Below, in pieces: positions 1 through 11,770 of a stretch of DNA of 64,000 bases (the first letter of the stretch is position 1; every line of letters begins with the position of its first letter). The stretch is from positions 4,978 through 68,977 of the forward strand of contig CAVOUA010000013.1 in assembly GCA_963699475.1 (NCBI GenBank), given 5' to 3'. Source of the DNA: an uncultured Ignavibacteriaceae bacterium (GTDB lineage Bacteria > Bacteroidota > Ignavibacteria > Ignavibacteriales > Ignavibacteriaceae). The position numbers and the translations under genes are program-made. The notes beneath the pieces were generated by a model. That model saw only the letters and a list, made by a program, of their open reading frames with translations, made no database searches and was not told where the DNA came from.

Positions 1-267
1 GCTGCTATGAAAGGTATTATTTATGATGTTAAGGAATTCAAAATAGAAAGAGGAGACACTTTATTATTAATGAGCGACGGTTTCGCTGAATTGAAAAATG
101 AAAATGAAGAAATATATGGCTACAAAAGAGCAAGAAATAGTTTTGAAGAGATAGCGAAGAAAGAACCAGATGAGATAGTTACATTCTTAAAAGAAGAAGG
201 TAAAAGATGGACAAATAATAAAGAACCTGATGATGATGTGACATTTGTAGTGATAAAAGTAAAATGA
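1..267 (+). CDS. C-terminal fragment of a SpoIIE/PP2C-family (RsbU-like) serine phosphatase; 5' end lies outside the window
   Basis: Frame of ORF 7..267 is open to base 1. It ends ...GDTLLLMSDGFAEL...EPDDDVTFVVIKVK, the same C-terminal motif as the phosphatase domains ending at 4088, 6154 and 11633. Confidence 0.8.
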   Translation, partial: AAMKGIIYDVKEFKIERGDTLLLMSDGFAELKNENEEIYGYKRARNSFEEIAKKEPDEIVTFLKEEGKRWTNNKEPDDDVTFVVIKVK

Positions 268-287
268 TGCCTGTCCGCCGAAGACGG

Positions 288-323
288 AATGATGTAACAT
301 TTGTAGTAATAAATATTAAATAA
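288..323 (+). repeat. Vestigial second copy of the phosphatase 3' end, just downstream of the real stop codon
   Basis: aatgatgtaacatttgtagtaataaatattaaataa reads N-D-V-T-F-V-V-I-N-I-K-stop. Compare gatgatgtgacatttgtagtgataaaagtaaaatga at 232..267. Confidence 0.5.
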
Positions 324-332
324 GGTAATTGA

Positions 333-3300
333 ATGAAACAGACTAAGAAATATTTCAATTTGAAGTTTTATATAATATGCTTTGTGTATCTGCTGACAAA
401 CGCCCTTCACGCACAAGAAAATTTTGTGTTTGAAAATTTCTCAATTCCGCAAGGACTTTCTAATCCAACAATAAATTGTATTTGTGAAGATAAGTATGGT
501 TTTCTTTGGCTTGGTACAAATGATGGTTTGAGCAGATACGATGGATACGAATTTAAAGTTTACAAAAACAATCCATCGGACAGCACCAGTTTACCGGGTA
601 ATTCAATTAGAACGATAAGTGAAGACAATAATGGTAATCTCTGGATTGGCGGCAGCAATGTGTTGGCAAAATATGATAGCAAAAACGATAATTTTATCAG
701 CGTAAAATTCGATAGAGGACAAAATGTAAATCCTCCAATTATTAATAAAATATTTATTGATCATAAAAATAAAATCTGGATCGGGACTAATGAATTTGGT
801 GTTCATTTGCTTAATCCGGAGAAAATGAATACAAAAAGAATAAAATTTATATTAAATGATGAAGAACTACGTAATGGAAATATATTTTCAATTATTGAAA
901 CTTCAAGCAAGGAGATATTAGCGCTTGATTATGGTTCGGGGATATTTTATTACAATGAAGGTTCTGATGAGTTCCAATTATATAATAATTTAGGATTCAG
1001 TGAGTATAGTCTATTAGTTCTTCACGAAGATGAATTTAAAAGATTATGGATTGGAAGCGAAGAAGCACTAATAATTTACAACAGAGATGATAAAAAGCTG
1101 GAGAAAATCGAAATATTTTCAAGGCCTTATGTACCTTCTTTTCCAGAGGAACAATTAATATTTTAAAGGATAAAGCAGGTTTCCTTTGGCTGGGAACATT
1201 AGATGACGGATTATACAGATATAATCCCGTTGATAATAAATTTTTTCATTTTACAGGAAGCAGCAATAGTAAAAACAGTATTAAATCTGCAGCAATACTT
1301 TCATTATTCCAGGATAGTTTCGGGAACATTTGGATTGGGACCAGATTGGATGGATTATATAAAGTTGATCCAAACAAACAGCCAATGAATATTCTTAAGA
1401 TACCCGAAAAAATTAAAACAAATTCTCCGGTAGATAGAATTACAGCGGTCGCTAAAAGTGAAAAAAGTAATGATGTGGCTATAGGAACAGCGGGACTGGG
1501 AGTGTTTTGGGAAAATATTGAAACAGGTCAATATAAAAATTATAGATTCAACAAAAATTCAAATAGTATTTCAAGTGATAATATTTTCTCTTTAACCATT
1601 GATGCAGAAAATAATCTTTGGGTTGGAAGTGATGCCGGATTAGATAAAGTAAATACAGTTACCGGAAATGTTATAAAGTATCTTGGCGATCAAATCCCGC
1701 TTTACACTGGTTTTTTTATTAACGATTTAAAATTTGATAAAGCAGGAAGATTATTTATTGCACACAGGGGCGGAGTAGATATCTTATATCCGAATCAAAA
1801 TATTATTAAGAAAATACCCTCTATACCTAATCGGGAATTAAAACCTGAATTACAAACAGATATAATAAATCTTATAAATTCTTCTCAGCCAATTGCTTCA
1901 ATACTTAAAGTGGGTGAACAAAAATTGTTGGAAAGTGAATTTGAAATTTCTGACAGCTCCAAAGTTTTAATTGTTGGGGTCGGTGAAGGACAAACCGATT
2001 TAGAGAAAATGTTTGATTTTGGTTGGCTTGAAGATGCTGATGAAAATATATTATGGGGTATGCATAAATATAGTAATTCATTTCATTTCCAGGGCGGAAT
2101 TGAAGAATAGGATAATGAGCTCAAACATTACAATTAAAGAAAGGCAAATATAAACTTAAGTTCCAATCTGATGTCGGGCATTCTTATGGAAATTTTAATG
2201 TGCTTGCCCCTAAGGATTCTGCATTATGGGGAATTCAGGTTATCCGGATTAATGATAACCAGTTCAGTGATTTTTCAAAAAGAATTGATGAAGAAATAAA
2301 AGCCAGCAATTATATGTCATTGGAAATTGCTAACTCGGTCTGTATTAGTAAATCGTATGAAAATATTTTATGGATTGGAACAACTAACCAGGGTCTTTTT
2401 AAATACAATTTAAATACCGGTGAATTTAGGCAGTATAATAAAAATGTAGAAGCAGTATCTGACATTGTAACCAGTAACGATGTGTATTATGTATTGGAGG
2501 ACAGTAAGGGTATTATTTGGTTTTCCACTCCAAATGGTTTGGGAAAAATATATCCCAAAACAGAAAAAATTGAATATTTTACCGAAGACGATGGTCTTCC
2601 CACAAATTTAGTTGGGGCGATTCAAGAGGATAATTATGGTAATTTATGGATTAGCAGTGCAGCAGGGTTGACTACTCTTGTCCGAAATGAAGCTGGTGAA
2701 AAAGAAACGTTTATAAATATTGATATAAAGGATGGATTACAGGGTTACTCGTTTTCTCTGGCATCGTGGAAAGCAAATAATGGAGAATTATTTTTCGGCG
2801 GAGACAATGGAATAAATTATTTTATTCCCGGAAAGACAAATCAAACAAAACCTAAAATTGTACTTACCGATTTGAAAATATCCGATGGATCCGTCTTTAA
2901 CGATATTACAACTTCACCGTTAAAAAATAGATTTAAATGACACAGATGAATTAACATTGGACTATTCACAAAATGATATATCTTTTCAATTTGCACCCAT
3001 TCATTACTCAAGACCGGAAAGAAATTTAATTGCCTACAAGCTGGAAGGATTTAATAAGGATTGGGTTTATAGTAAACTTCATTTTGCTTCATTTACAAAT
3101 CTTGATCCCGGCGAATATATTTTTAGATTAAAAGCAGCAAACGGAGATGGAGTATGGGGTGAGAACGAAAAAGTAATACATATCGAGATACTTCCTCCAT
3201 ACTGGAGAACAACATTTGCTTATATCGGTTATGGATTTCTTTTTGTCGGATTTGTTTTCGGGGTAGACCGTGTGCAGCGCAGAAGACTTTTAACGAAAAC

Positions 3301-4088
3301 AAGAAATGCTGCTGCAATAAAAGAAGCTGAGTTGCGTGCGCGACTTGCTGAAACAGAAAACGAGCGCAAAACAAAGGAATTAGAAGAAGCACGCCAGCTT
3401 CAGCTTTCGATGCTTCCGAAGGCGTTACCGCAATTACCGCATCTTGATATTGCTGTTTATATGAAAACTGCAACCGAGGTTGGCGGTGATTATTACGATT
3501 TTAATGTTGCAATTGATGGTATGCTTTACTATTGTTCTTGGGGATGCAACAGGACACGGAATGAGAGCAGGGACAATGGTAACATCCGCTAAATCTTTAT
3601 TTAATAGTTATGCGGAAAATCCTGACATACTTTTTACTTTTCGGGAAATGACACGATGCATTAAAAAAATGCAGTTTCAGTCACTTGCAATGAGTATGAC
3701 AATGCTGAAAATTAAAAACAATAAATTATTTATGTCAGCAGCTGGTATGCCACCTGTTTATCTTTATAAGAGCAAGCACAGAATTATTGAAGAACACTTA
3801 ATGGAAGGTATGCCTTTGGGCACGATGGACAATTTTCCATATGAATTAAAAGAGATGGAGTTGATAAAAGGAGATACATTATTATTAATGAGTGATGGAT
3901 TCCCCGAATTACAAAATGAGCAAAATGAAATTTTCGGGTATAAACGAGCGAGAAATTCATTTGAGGAAGTAGCAGAAAAAGAACCGGAAGAGATTATATC
4001 TTATTTAAAAGAAAAGGGTTCGCAATGGTCAAACGAGAAGGAACCTGATGATGATGTAACCTTTGTTGTAATTAAAGTGAAAAATTGA
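333..4088 (+). pseudogene. Y_Y_Y two-component-regulator-propeller sensor fused to a SpoIIE/PP2C phosphatase; reading frame broken at least 5 times (or sequencing indels)
   Basis: ORF fragments 333..1166, 1346..2110, 2200..2940, 2957..3592 and 3480..4088 join into one protein. It has a signal peptide, many '..G.LWIGT..GL..Y' propeller repeats and a Y_Y_Y-type segment DISFQFAPIHYSRPERNLIAYKLEGFNKDW. These are followed by a TM helix, a coiled coil ENERKTKELEEARQLQLSMLPK and a PP2C domain ending DDDVTFVVIKVKN. Frame changes lie near 1090-1140, 2095, 2130, 2930 and 3530. Confidence 0.8.
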
Positions 4089-4098
4089 GAGTTTAGAA

Positions 4099-6154
4099 AT
4101 GAAAGAATTGACCTTCCGGTTTGAAATATTACTTTGTTTCTCTTTACTAATTTCTGTGGTTACATATGCAAGCATAACAGATACAATTTACATTCATTCT
4201 GATAGTTTAAAAGAAGATCGATCTCGTTAGACAATGCTTGGAGATATCATGCTGGCGATGATTCAGTTTGGGCAAGCCCGGGTTATGATGATTCCAACTG
4301 GGATACAACAAAAGCTCGTCTGCCAGTTTCCAATACTCCAGAAAATTTTTGGAAGGGAATTGGGTGGTTTAGAACAAATATTAGAATCGATTCTGCAATA
4401 ATTAATCAACCCTTAGCATTTTTAGTAGATCAATTCGGTGCGTCGGAAATTTATCTCAATGGCAAACTGATTAAAAAACTAGGAGCTATTGGAAAAACTT
4501 TAGAACAAGAAACACCTTATCAACCTTCAAACATTCCGTTTACAGTAATTCTCGATACAAATTTAGTTTATAATCTTGCTGTTCGTTATTCAAATCAATT
4601 GGCTTACGAGAAGCCGGAATGGTATGCTTCCAGGTTTAGGTTCAATCGGGTTTGCGCTTTCCCTCCGCGATAATGATGAAGCTATAACCTCCAAGGTCGA
4701 TAATGAAAAAGCGACCGTCGCAGTTAATATTTTAATCTCCGGAATATTCCTGGCTCTGGCGCTACTATATTTTTCTCTTTTCATCTTTTACTCTGATAAA
4801 AAGGAAAATGTTTATTATGCCCTGTTTAATCTTTGCATTTCGATTTTGTTTTTCGTATCGCAGCTGGAACGATCTGTAAAATCAGACCTGAGTTTAATTG
4901 TTTTTTACAATATTCTTTCTTCAGCATCAATAACCCTTGTCTTCATATTTTACCTGGGTTTTCTTTACTCAATATTTTATACAAAAATCCCAAAATTATT
5001 TTATGTAATCACAGCAATTGCAATTGCTTTTGTTATTAGCGATGTGCTGGGATTTAAAGGAGACTTGTTTGATAAAATTCAACTTGTCTTTATTGCATTA
5101 ACAACCCTTGTCGGTTTGTTTATTATTATTCAAGCAATCAGAAAGAAAAATGGAGCATGCGTGGATAATTGGTACAGGCGTAATATTGTTTGTGTTATTT
5201 GTAATGACACTATTCGTTGTCGGATTACTTGGAAAGAACATTAACAGTATTGTTGGGATTATACTTTTCTTTATCGGGCTTGTCAGCCTTCCAATGACGA
5301 TGTCGATTTATCTTGCACGAAGCATTGCAACAACCAATAAAAATCTGCAGAAGCAGTTAATCACGGTTAAAGAATTATCACAAAAAGAACTTGAACAAAA
5401 ATTAAGAGCTCAAAAAGCAGAAGCAGAAAATGAAAGGAAAACAAAAGAGCTTGAAGAAGCCCGACAACTACAGCTATCAATGCTTCCAAAAGAATTGCCC
5501 GTTATTCCTAATCTTGATATTGCTGTGTATATGAAAACTGCAACAGAAGTTGGTGGGGATTATTATGATTTTCATGTTGGAATAAATGGAACACTTACCG
5601 TTGTAATTGGGGATGCTACCGGGCACGGCTTGAAAGCTGGGACAATGGTAACTACAGCCAAGAGTTTATTCAGCTCTTATGCTGCCAATGATGATATTAT
5701 AAAGACATTTCATGAGTTTACTCGCGTAATTAAAAACATGCGGATGCACTTAATGTCTATGTGTCTTTCAATAATAAAAATTACTGGCGACAGGCTGAAA
5801 ATTTCTGCGGCGGGAATGCCTCCTGCTTTACTTTATCGAAAAGCAGAAAACAAAGTAGAAGAGCTTATAATAAAAGGCATGCCCCTGGGTGCATTCACTG
5901 ATTTTCCATATAAGCTGCATGAAACCACATTGCAAAGGGGTGACACTCTGTTTTTACTGAGCGATGGACTCCCGGAATTATTTGATAAAGATATGAATAT
6001 GTTCGGTTATGAAAATGTAACCAAGGTGTTTAGTGAAGTTGCTGACAGATCACCAGCAGAAATAATTGAGCATCTAAATAAAATTGAGTCTGATTGGATT
6101 AGCAATTCGGAACCCGATGATGATGTGACATTTGTTGTGATAAAGGTTAAGTAA
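4099..6154 (+). pseudogene. 7TMR-DISM-type (extracellular domain + 7 TM) sensor fused to a SpoIIE/PP2C phosphatase; frame broken about 3 times
   Basis: ATG 4099 with a hydrophobic leader. A 7TMR-DISMED2-like ectodomain reads from about 4227 (NAWRYHAGDDSVWASPGYDDSNWD...). A multi-TM block is in ORF 4576..5244. The same coiled-coil linker and PP2C domain are in ORF 5108..6154. Frame changes lie near 4228, 4610 and 5150 (A-run). Confidence 0.8.
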
Positions 6155-6177
6155 TAAAAAGTGTTTAGGGAAAAATT

Positions 6178-7335
6178 ATGAAAGCAAAATCAATAAAAGG
6201 AAAATCTCCCGAAGAAATTAAATCCGCTCTTGCTGAAAGTATGGCGGATGGATTCAAGCCGAAACTTGCCATTGTGTTTATCTCAATCAAACAGGATAGA
6301 AAAACCGTTAGTGAAATTCTGCATAATGAAGGAATTGATATTTTGGGCGCTACCTCTGCAGGAGAATTCAGTAATGAACATCAAACTGAAGGCGAAGCAG
6401 TGATCATGTTATTTGATTTAAACAAGAGTCATTATTTCGTTTCATTTGAAGATACAAAGGGAAAAGATCTGGTTGAGGTTTCACAACTGATAGCTCACAA
6501 TGCTTTATCCAAATTTAAAAAACCGGCATTCATTCTTTGCAGTACTCCTTTATCAGAAACTGGTGATTTTTTTAATGGAGAAACTCTTGTAAAAAGTATT
6601 GAACAGGCTATTAGCCCAAATGTAAGTATTTACGGGGGGATGGCAGGTGATGATGGGACCTTTACCGGGACTTACGTCTTTAATCATGAAAAATCGACTT
6701 ATAATGGTATTGTGGCCCTGGTGCTTAATGAAGATAAAATTTATTTACACGGTATGGCGCTATCCGGATGGAAGCCTCTTGGAATTTCGAGAACTGTAAC
6801 TAAAAGTAAGGGAAGGTTAATTTATACAATTGATAATAAACCCGCCGTTGATATGTATTTGAAATATCTGGGAAATGAAAAATTCTCAGAAGAGGATAAA
6901 TATAAAATATTCGAAGACGTTGGTTCTCATTATCCTTTTCGGGTTGAACTAGATATTAGTGAATCTACAATGGTTACACCAATGGGAATAAATAGAGACG
7001 AAAACGCACTTATTTGTGAATCGGAAGTTCCGGAGGGATCAAGATTTCATTTTTCTGTACCACCGGATTTTGATATTGTGGAAACCATACTAAAAAATGC
7101 TGCAGATTTGAAAAATGCGAACCAAGCTGATGCAGACGCTCTGTTGATTTTTTCCTGCATAGGTAGGCTTACCGCCTTGGGGCCCATGGCACAGGAAGAA
7201 AACGAAGGATTAACTAAGATCTGGAATGTGCCCATGGCTGGATTTTATACATATGGCGAATATGGAAGAAGCCCTAAAGGCAAGCGTAGACTTCATTCTA
7301 CTACTTGCAGTTGGGTTGCATTGAAAGAAAAATAG
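6178..7335 (+). CDS. FIST (N+C) domain sensory protein without an output domain
   Basis: Intact 385-aa ORF with SD-like gggaaaaa upstream. Sequence pattern KLAIVFIS...DILGATSAGEF...GGMAGDD...LIFSCIGR is typical of FIST_N/FIST_C. It ends 9 nt before the next gene. Confidence 0.8.
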   Translation: MKAKSIKGKSPEEIKSALAESMADGFKPKLAIVFISIKQDRKTVSEILHNEGIDILGATSAGEFSNEHQTEGEAVIMLFDLNKSHYFVSFEDTKGKDLVEVSQLIAHNALSKFKKPAFILCSTPLSETGDFFNGETLVKSIEQAISPNVSIYGGMAGDDGTFTGTYVFNHEKSTYNGIVALVLNEDKIYLHGMALSGWKPLGISRTVTKSKGRLIYTIDNKPAVDMYLKYLGNEKFSEEDKYKIFEDVGSHYPFRVELDISESTMVTPMGINRDENALICESEVPEGSRFHFSVPPDFDIVETILKNAADLKNANQADADALLIFSCIGRLTALGPMAQEENEGLTKIWNVPMAGFYTYGEYGRSPKGKRRLHSTTCSWVALKEK

Positions 7336-7343
7336 AATTTTAA

Positions 7344-10300
7344 ATGAACCAAAAACTTCAAAACATACTCGACATTATTCAGCAATCTGAAAAGCTGGGT
7401 GCTGAACAAAAAGACAAGTTATTAAAAGCTGTAAAAGACGCTGATAAAGAATTAGAGATCACTGCGTTCAAGCTTGAGCGAACGGAAAAAGTAAAAAAGA
7501 CAACTGCAATCCTGCTCGAAGAAACAATTGAAGAACTCGAACAAAAAAGAAAAGCAGTTGAAGCTCAAAACCGCGAACTTGAAATTGAAGCTTCATTGGA
7601 AAGAGTAAGGGCAGTTGCTATGAGTATGAATAAATCTGATGATCTGTTGAGCATTTGCGAAGTATCATTTAATGAGTTTAAAAAACTGGGTTTTAATAAT
7701 CTTAGAAATAGTCTCATTAATATCTTTAATGACGAAGAAGAATCCTTTGTGAATTATGATTATTCTGACTATATGGGTGGCAGCATTTCAAACGTTTCTT
7801 ATAATAGCAACCCGGCAAATGATGAATTTTTAATTCAAATTAGAAAAGCTAATGATGCATTTGTGGAAACGGTAATAGACAGAAATAAATTAGATGAATG
7901 GAAGGAATTCAGAAGAAGTCATGGGGAACAGGATGATCCAAGATTAGATAATATCAACGCACTCTATTATTATAACTATTCCATTGGTTCCGGGTCAATT
8001 GGTATTTCTAATTTTAATCCAATAAGTGAAGAGCAACAAATAATTCTTAAACGATTTCGAAATGTATTCAACTTGTCTTACCAGCGTTATTTAGATATCG
8101 CACTCGCAGAAGAACAGGCACGAGAAGCACAAATAGAAGCTTCACTCGAAAGGGTGACGAGCAGTTGCGATGAGCATGAATAAGTCTGACGATTTATTAA
8201 GCATCTGCGAAGTCTCATTTAAAGAGTTTAAGAAACTTGGCTTCGATAATATCAGAAATGCCCTCATACACATTCAATACGATGAACAAAAATATTTTAT
8301 GGATTATGACTTCTCTGATTTAACGGGCGGTGCAATAACAAAAATCGAATATGGTTCTCATCCTGTAGTGGAAGATTACTTGAAGCAAATTAGAAGTGCT
8401 AAAGATGCTTTTTACCAGGGAGTAATAAAAGAAGACCAGTTGAAGGAATGGAAAGAGTTTCAGAAAAAATTCCGGACAAATTGACGATCCTCGATTGGAT
8501 AATGCAACTGCGCTTTACTACTATTTCTTCTCTATTGGTATCGGTGATATTGGCATCTCTACTCTACACTCTATCGATGAATCACAGATAAAAATTCTTA
8601 AAAGGTTCAGAAACGTATTTGACCTTGCTTACCGAAGATATAATGATATTGCCCTTGCTGAAGCACAGGCAAGAGAAGCACAGATAGAAGCGGCTTTGGA
8701 ACGGGTGCGGTCTAAAACAATGGCCATGCACAATAGCCAGGATGTCGGAGCTACGGTTGTTACTTTATTTGATGAAGTGTTGAAGTTGGGTCTTGACAAA
8801 TCCATTCGTGTTGGTATAGGAATCCTAGAGGGAAATGATGGTATGGAAACATGGTCGGCAACTTCAACTCCGAATGGTGAAGTTGATTTAAAGATGGGTA
8901 TGTTGGATATGACGATACATCCCATGCTGATAGGACTTAAAAAAGCGTGGGAAAGCGGCGAAACCAGTTATAGCTATGATTATATCGGTGATGATGTATT
9001 TCGATATTACAAAGCTCTTAACAACGAACCAGATTACCCATTTCAGGCAGACCTGGATTTATTACCCGAAAATGAGTATCATAAAAGTTTCTTTTACAAG
9101 GAAGGTATTCTTTTTTCTTTTGCACCCAACCCAATTTCAGATGAAGCAGCTAAGGTTTTAGATAGGTTTGCCGGTGTTTTCGGACAAACATACAGAAGAT
9201 ACCTTGATCTCCAAAAAGCCGAAGCACAAGCAAGGGAAGCACAAATTGAAACAGCACTTGAAAGGGTGACGAGCTCGTACAATGGCGATGCATAAAAGTG
9301 ATGAGCTTGCTGAAACTGCTGGTGTACTCTTTGAACAAATGGTTTCGTTAGGAATAGTTCCGAAGCGATGTGTAATTAGTATTATAAATCAAACAACAGA
9401 CAATGCAAGTTTTTGGCTTACTAGCTCTGATGGAAAAGTAATTCATGGTTCTGATCTTGTTCCATTAACAGAAGAGAAACATTTAATCGAAATGTATGGT
9501 GCATGGAAAGAAAAGAAAACACATTTCGCTTTTAAAGTATCCGGGGAAGAACGACTAGACTGGACGACGTATATTATAAATAAAGTTAAAATGCACCTGC
9601 CCGAATATCAACCTGACACTATAAACAAAGAACAGATTCTTAATGAGCCAGCAGTTTTTAATTCCTTCTTCTTTTCTCATGGTTTCGTAATGCTGCATAC
9701 AGTTGATGATTTAACCGAAGACCATATTAAAATGCTTAATAGATTTGCCAGTGTTTTCGAACAAACTTATACCCGATTTCTCGATCTTAAAAGAGCTGAA
9801 GCACAAGCACGTGAAGCAAAGATTGAAACCTCCCTTGAACGAGTACGTTCTAAAGCTATGGCAATGCACAGCCCGAATGATTTGTCCGAAACTGTTAATG
9901 TGTTTTTTAAAGAGTTAAAAGCACTTGAAATTGTTCCTCTCCGTTGCGGTGTTGCCCAGATTGATGAAGCAACACGAACTACAAATCTTACCACCACAAC
10001 ATCTTCTCAACAAGGAGATTCATTTGAGGTGATTGGAAAGATAAAACAAACTGGTCATCCGGTGCTTGATGGAATTTTTGAAAATTGGAAACTTCAAAAA
10101 GAATATTATCCTGTTCTTGAAGGAGCAGACATAAAAGCTTATTACGATGTTATGAATGCTCAAATTGCTTATCCGGATTACTCTGCAGAGACCACACAAT
10201 TTGGAAATTTGTTTCCCTTCAAGGAAGGATTTGTTTTTGCGTGGACTGAAAGTAAATTGTCCAAAGAAGATCTCCAGATATTTCGAAGATTTAATTCTGT

Positions 10301-11633
10301 ATTAAGTCTTACGTACCGTCGATATATAGATTTAAAAGAAGCTGAAGCCCGTTCTGTAGAAGCTGTAAGGCAAGCCTCTCTTGATCGTGTTCGCGCTGAG
10401 ATCGCCTCTATGCGCACAACGAATGATCTGGAAAAAATAACACCATTGATTTGGCGCGAACTGACAACTTTAGGCATACCTTTTTTCCGATGTGGTGTAT
10501 TTATTATTGATGAACCCAATTCTGTTGCGCATGCATATCTCTCAACACCGCTTGGTAAATCTCTTGCAGCTCTTCATGTTAAAATCAATAACACCTGGCT
10601 GGAAAATGCCGTTAAGCATTGGCGCAATGGGGAGATATACCATGAAGTTTGGGACAGGAATAAATTCTTGGCTTGGACGCAGACTATGATGGAACAAGGA
10701 TTTGTTGAAAATAAGGAGCACTTTCAGGCAGGTAAAGAAGCCCCCGAAACTTTATCTTTGCAGCTTTTACCTTTCACACAAGGTATGCTGTATGTAGGCA
10801 GTAAACTGCCGCTGTCAAATGAAGAAATTAAAATAGCTGGGAAATTGGCTGATGACTTCGGTATAGCTTATTCCCGTTATGAGGATTTTCAAAAATTAGA
10901 AGCAGTAAATCATCGTAAAACTTTGGAGTTAGAGGAAGCCCGGCAGTTACAACTTTCAATGCTTCCTAAAAAACTTCCAAAACTTCCAAACCTTGATATT
11001 GCTGTTTATATGAAAACCGCAACAGAGGTGGGCGGTGATTATTATGATTTTAATGTTGGTGTTGATGGAACACTTACTGTAGCAATCGGCGATGCAACAG
11101 GACATGGAATGAAAGCTGGAACAATCGTTTCTATGATAAAAGCGCTTTTTGCTTCTGGTGGATCAAGAATGGATATGAAATCATATTTTAAAGAAAGCAG
11201 CGATGCTCTAAAAGGAATAGAGCTAGGAAGATTAATGATGGCGTTTCTGATGCTTAGAATAAATTCCCACAAACTTCAGTTTGCAAATGCAGCAATGCCT
11301 CCATTGTACATCTATAAAAAGCAATCAAAAGATGTTGAGGAAATAATGATAAGTGGAATGCCATTAGGTGCAGTTAAAGATTTCCCTTATCAAATTGAAG
11401 AAATCGAAATATCATCAGGCGATACGATTTTATTATTAAGCGATGGACTACCTGAATTAAAAAACAGTAAAGATGAACATTATGGTTACGGTAGAGTAAA
11501 AGATGAATTTAAATCAGTGGCAGAAAAACGTCCGGATGAGATAGTTGGTTATTTAAAAAACTCGGCTGCTGAATGGGTTAACGGAATAGAGCCCGATGAT
11601 GATGTTACGTTTGTAGTAATAAAAGTTAAATAA
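7344..11633 (+). pseudogene. Multi-module sensor SpoIIE/PP2C phosphatase (six GAF-like modules separated by near-identical signalling helices); three +1 frame breaks in its first half
   Basis: ORFs 7344..8183, 8170..8484, 8495..9295 and 9282..11633 join into one protein. Junction helices of the form RY.D.A.AEAQAREAQIEAALERVRS.AMAMH recur near 7600, 8150, 8700, 9260, 9840 and 10380. The C-terminus has LELEEARQLQLSMLPKKLP plus a PP2C domain ending DDDVTFVVIKVK. Frame breaks are at about 8157, 8475 and 9269. Confidence 0.8.
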
Positions 11634-11770
11634 ATTCTTTTTTCAATTCGATATTAAACTTCCGAGAGCTAAGCCGAATATGCTGCATAATAAAACCTCT
11701 CTGACAGATAAATTACTCTGTTTAACCTGATTTTTAATCTTGCCTTTTTGTTCCCCGAATCTTTAACTTA

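Noticed and set aside
8148-9274. Programmed +1 ribosomal frameshifting at GAA-AGG-GUG-ACG
   Set aside because: There is no in-frame stop or hungry-codon/slippery arrangement comparable to prfB (CUU-UGA) or Ty1-type sites. The zero frame runs on for about 10 codons. The same gene has a third break (about 8475) in an A-run, and many other genes carry similar indels. An error or a lesion is the simpler explanation.
7344-11633. Periodic DNA repeats (helix-coding segments; also the 43-aa repeats at 32000..32900) as a CRISPR-like or satellite array
   Set aside because: The repeat units are 0.5-0.8 kb apart, diverged at the DNA level and clearly coding. There is no short-repeat/unique-spacer structure and no cas genes.
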